Shown here in pieces: positions 49,434 through 50,548 of a stretch of 50,548 bases of DNA (positions within the stretch are counted from its first letter, which is position 1; each line of letters opens with the position of its first letter). This DNA comes from Catajapyx aquilonaris (Eukaryota). The position numbers and the translations under genes are program-made. Location: contig KZ538732.1 in assembly GCA_000934665.2 (NCBI GenBank), positions 1-50,548 on the forward strand, read 5' to 3'. Under the pieces are notes generated by a model. That model ran no database searches, was not told the origin of the DNA, and saw only the letters and a program-made list of their open reading frames with translations.

Positions 49434-49700
49434 GAACCACTCAGGGCTCGACTACCCCCCCTCCCACCACCACCACCCCGCACCACCACCACCTTTTTGC
49501 CAATCCTCTCTCCCCCCTACCTTCACTCCAGCCACACACAACAAACCTTATTCCTCCTACCCACCCACCCTTCCAAGACTTAGGCTCGTTCATTTTCGCA
49601 CTCACTTCAAACTGGGTAATTGACGCCCGTGGTTTTCCGGTTGACGCCCGGATCTACCATTTCCCGGAGTCCCGCAAACCCCCCCCCCCCCCCTCCCAAA
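49405..49700 (-). promoter_or_regulatory. Candidate core and proximal promoter
   Basis: TCAGT initiator; downstream GCGGCGCAACGG(TT) is 10/12 to the MTE consensus CSARCSSAACGS but ~5 nt nearer the Inr than canonical; upstream CCACCC boxes and two TTGACGCCCG copies. Confidence 0.45.
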
Positions 49701-49762
49701 ATCAAGTCGTCACCATTAAGGAGAAAGTAGGATGGATGAGCAGATATCGCATGTTTATAATA

Positions 49763-50090
49763 CAGGGTGTTTCAACGTTTTTTTTGCTCCGAACAGTTAT
49801 CGGAAAATTGCACGTAGCTGCTACTTTGTAAGCAGTGACTTGCAACCGGTGATTTGTTGGAGGAATGGGGGAATGGGGGAAAGAGAGGGTCACATATCCC
49901 ATGGCATGTGTGACTCTCCTATTTTTTTCCGGGCTTGACCCTCAATTTTTCAGTGGGGCTATGGCACTTCAACATACGATTCGCACCGTTCCTCCGAAAA
50001 ATCACCGTTTGCAAGTCACTGCTTACAAGGTAGCGGCTACGTGCAATTTTCCGATAACTGTTCGGAGAAAAAAAAATTTGAAACACCCTG
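49763..50090. mobile_element. Tc1/mariner-type MITE with ~100-bp TIRs
   Basis: TA|CAGGGTGTTTCAA...CCGAACAGTTATCGGAAAATTGCACGTAGCTGCTACTTTGTAAGCAGTGACTTGCAA and its inverted copy ending TTGAAACACCCTG|TA; same family as 21260-21469. Confidence 0.95.
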
Positions 50091-50548
50091 TATAGAGGGG
50101 AAGAAATTTTCGTCCGATAATATTTCGATCAATTTTAGACTCCATAGAATTCGGCGATAATAATTTTTCGGGCCAAAAACTATTCGTCCGACGGAATTCC
50201 GGTTGTAAATAACATATATAGCTAATTTCAATAACTAATATATTTATTTATTTTAGTTATTTATTTTAGCTATAACTAATATATCAGTCAAAAATAAATA
50301 ACTAATATATTAGTTATAGTATCTAATAGTTATTTTAATTGGCGGTCTAGTGGTTATCGCCACAGCCTTCCCACCATCTGAGGTCTCGAATTCGATCATC
50401 GGATCGGACAGATGATGCTTATGTGGAAAAAGGTTGGTTGGGATCTCACCAGGGAGCATATACTACATAAGAGGCGCAAACTTCTGTCGGCGCCATTGTT
50501 GTTCGCGTCTCTCAGTTTATAGGGCGTTGCCAAGGCCGGCGGCCATCT

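Noticed and set aside
456..50231. All ORFs in the supplied track as protein-coding genes
   Set aside because: All are 161 aa or shorter, overlap on both strands, often derive from repeats or homopolymers, and show no recognisable domain.
50338..50410. tRNA/SINE head (GGTCTAGTGGTTA...AATTCGATC)
   Set aside because: An A-box-like word is present, but the B box is degenerate and there is no recognisable body, tail or TSD.

Overview
This is non-coding eukaryotic DNA, probably arthropod (inferred from a TTAGG tract, tRNA-derived SINEs with arthropod-type bodies and a TCAGT initiator). None of the supplied ORFs is a supportable protein-coding gene, and there is no CRISPR array, rRNA or intact tRNA. 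The window alternates about 30 unique, GC-richer islands (~0.3-1 kb) with AT-rich spacers made of locally amplified minisatellites. It also holds many short non-autonomous elements: Tc1/mariner-type and pogo-like TA MITEs, a Tourist-like TAA MITE, hAT-type elements with 8-bp TSDs (one retains a transposase C-terminal remnant), two tRNA SINEs and a 340-bp foldback hairpin. A likely minus-strand promoter and non-coding first exon (49433->49138) suggests the rest of the window may be a very large intron. The most unusual element is a six-copy dispersed cassette of three conserved blocks (core GCACGACCCTGAGAGTGGCAG) joined by variable linkers, with no TIRs or SINE features. All calls were made by eye, and boundaries of degenerate repeats are approximate.
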